A DNA stretch of 64,000 nt. Origin: Yuukianura sp. NJ FZ-2021. Taxonomy: Eukaryota. Of this stretch, positions 63,016 through 64,000 are shown one piece after another. The stretch covers positions 6,758,001 to 6,822,000 of the forward strand of contig CM102285.1 of assembly GCA_046563655.1 (NCBI GenBank), written 5' to 3'. A model generated the notes under the pieces. The model was given only the letters and a program-made list of their open reading frames with translations. It was not told the origin of the DNA and did no database searches. Position 1 is the stretch's first letter. Every line of letters starts with the position of its first letter. The position numbers were made by a program, and so were the translations under genes.

Positions 63016-64000
63016 GAGTCGAATAGGTGTTATCAGGAAATGATGAACAGCGGGAAACATCGTCGTTGGTAGCACGAACTGGTGAAAAGTTGGAAGCGGT
63101 TTCATTGGTACCAGGAACTGATGAGAAATTAGAAACGGCTTCATTGGTAGCACGAACAAATGAAAAGTTGGAAGCGGCTTCATTGGTAGTAGCAACTGAT
63201 GAAAAGTTGGAAGCGGCATCTTTGGCAGTAGGAACTGATGAAAAAGTTGGAAGCGGCATCTTTGGCAGTAGGAACTGATGAAGAGTTATAAGCGGCTTCA
63301 TTGTTAGCACGAACTGATGGAAAGTTGGAAACGGCTTCATTTGCAGTAGGAACTGATGAAAAGTTGGAGACTGGTTCATTGTTTGCAGGAACTGGTGAAA
63401 AGCTTTGAGTCGAATAGTTGGTAGCAGGAACTGATGAGCAGTTGGCACTGTCTTCATTGGTAGCATGAACTGATGAAAAGTTGGAAGCGGCTTCATTGGT
63501 AGCAGGAACTGATGAAAAGTTGGAAACGGCTTCATTTGCAGTAGGAACTGATGAAAAGTTGGAGACTGGTTCATTGTTTGCAGGAACTGGTGAAAAGCTT
63601 TGAGTCGAATAGTTGGTAGCAGGAACTGATGAGCAGTTGGCACTGTCTTCATTGGTAGCATGAACTGATGAAAAGTTGGAAGCGGCTTCATTGGTAGCAG
63701 GAACTGATGAAAAGTTGGAAACGGCTTCATTGTTACCACGATCGGATGAAAAATTGGAGTCGTATTCATTGATAGCACGAAAGGATGAAAAGTTGGAAGC
63801 ATCTTCATTGATAGCACGAGCTGATGAAAAGTTGGAAACGTCTTCATTGGCAACAGGAACTGATGAAAAGTCGGAAACGTCTTCATTGGCAGCAGGCACT
63901 GATGAAAAGTGGGAAGCGTCTTCATTGCTAGCACGAACTGATGAAAAGTTGGAATTGGCGTCATTGGTAGCAGGAACTGACGAATGGCTAGAAGTGGCTT
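63016..64000 (-). repeat. 39-bp coding-type tandem repeat (13-aa unit NEAASNFSSVPAT), about 25 units
   Basis: Unit ACTGATGAAAAGTTGGAAGCGGCTTCATTGGTAGCAGGA on the + strand; open in two minus frames; internal 195-bp higher-order duplication. Confidence 0.9.

Larger units (their letters stand above)
58183..64000 (-). mobile_element. CRE-like (R2-superfamily, RLE-encoding) non-LTR retrotransposon, probably extending past the window end and interrupted by a Polinton fragment
   Basis: RT-RLE ORF at 58276-61299; one unit of the 63016-64000 repeat is in frame at the start of this ORF. Confidence 0.7.

Noticed and set aside
63016..64000. CRISPR-like array
   Set aside because: Contiguous 39-bp degenerate units with no unique spacers, in a eukaryotic context without cas genes.

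Overview
Eukaryotic (arthropod-like, intron-containing) genomic DNA. The left half holds five recognisable host genes: the LRPPRC 5' end, HYLS1, NPRL3, JMJD4 and an SLC6A15/17-like transporter. These are interleaved with many MITEs and an intronic Transib transposon. The right half is almost entirely mobile DNA. The standout is a 14.1-kb Polinton/Maverick-type insertion (31751-45855; AG..CT termini, 6-bp TSD GATATT) that is a near-perfect giant palindrome with ~3.5-kb arms and a 488-bp spacer. It encodes only a double-jelly-roll major-capsid-like protein and a basic K/R/S-rich protein, with no polymerase or integrase, and a BEL/Pao LTR retrotransposon later inserted into one arm. Further right are Helentron-associated elements with nested RSS-heptamer Transib MITEs, a 224-bp satellite split by a full-length LINE whose ORF1 and ORF2 are joined by TGA-CTA, and a CRE-like RT-RLE retrotransposon. 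The latter carries an RFX-like winged-helix domain and a 13-aa repeat array, and is interrupted by a second Polinton end encoding the pPolB N-terminus. All family assignments come from motif recognition by eye, not database searches. Exon boundaries are approximate.
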